From Octopus bimaculoides (Eukaryota): a stretch of DNA of 35,463 nt. The DNA lies in assembly GCF_001194135.2 (NCBI RefSeq), contig NC_068981.1, positions 26,426,233 to 26,461,695 on the forward strand, in the 5' to 3' direction. Below are positions 34,761 to 35,463 of the stretch, piece after piece. The notes beneath the pieces were generated by a model, which saw only the letters and a program-made list of their open reading frames with translations, was not told where the DNA came from and ran no database searches. Positions within the stretch are counted from its first letter, which is position 1. Every line of letters begins with the position of its first letter. The position numbers and the translations under genes were made by a program.

Positions 34761-35463
34761 AATTACAATAACATAGATAATGTACACAAGTTTATCACGT
34801 TTCTTCTATGGCATTATTATTATGTGTTTAAATATGCACACACGAACAGGAATAATTACAACGGCAAATGAATAAACAGAAAATACACATTGCCGTATTT
34901 CTAAAATGCAGCAAAAGAAATTTCCAGTGATTAAAAAGAAATGTGATGAACATAGATGTACTTGTCTGCGGTTGTGCGAATAACAGGTCTCGTTTGAAAA
35001 TGCGAAAGTGGAACAGTGTCCAAAAGAAAAACTCATTATTTTCAACGTTGACTGCCTTTTCGTTAACTGAATATTTCTCACGAAGATGCATTTTAATACA
35101 GAACTGTGCTATGCGTTTATGTGTAAAAATTTGTGCATATCTTTGTACCTGTATCTATGTATGTGACTGTGTAATTACATGTGTATGTAATAGTGTATAT
35201 GGTTCTAAGTATACACCTGTGTATGTCAGATAGTCAAAATCTGTTGACAGTAAGGATTTTAAGCTATAGTTAGTCACCAGGCATTCCTGTTTGAGCAGAC
35301 TGGAGAAGAAGATACTTCAGCGGTGGTGACTCGTCTTTTTGTATGTCAAGGACTATATTCTCTAATACATCTTTCTCTGTTTCTGAATAGAATATTATCT
35401 ATGTATGCGTTCATGTACAGTATATATACACACACACACACATGTATATTTATATATATATAT

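Overview
This is eukaryotic, AT-rich, microsatellite-dense draft-assembly sequence with 11 N-gaps. The repeat content looks like a coleoid cephalopod, probably Octopus; that rests on recognising the repeats, not on a search. I find no host protein-coding gene, rRNA, true tRNA or CRISPR array, and most six-frame ORFs are microsatellite or gap artefacts. The window is a mosaic of mobile-element remnants. Non-LTR pieces: three R4/Dong-like RLE 3' ends, each ending in (TAA)n, one Tx1/L1-like 3' end and one RTE-like 3' end. Other autonomous-type remnants: a Naiad-type Penelope-like GIY-YIG fragment with an inverted pLTR, and a DD37D (maT) Tc1/mariner remnant. Non-coding repeats: at least three tRNA-derived SINE families, a ~0.55 kb family embedded in (TAA)n arrays, and two foldback-like elements. 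The strongest signals are (i) an apparently intact type I hammerhead ribozyme at the tip of a rod-like ~250 nt structured unit lying in (TA)n (24619-24866, minus strand), a candidate retrozyme; (ii) a second near-intact hammerhead inside a palindrome at the end of the Penelope-like remnant; and (iii) a young SINE whose 3' tail matches the 3' end of the Tx1-like LINE in the same window. All alignments and folds were done by eye.
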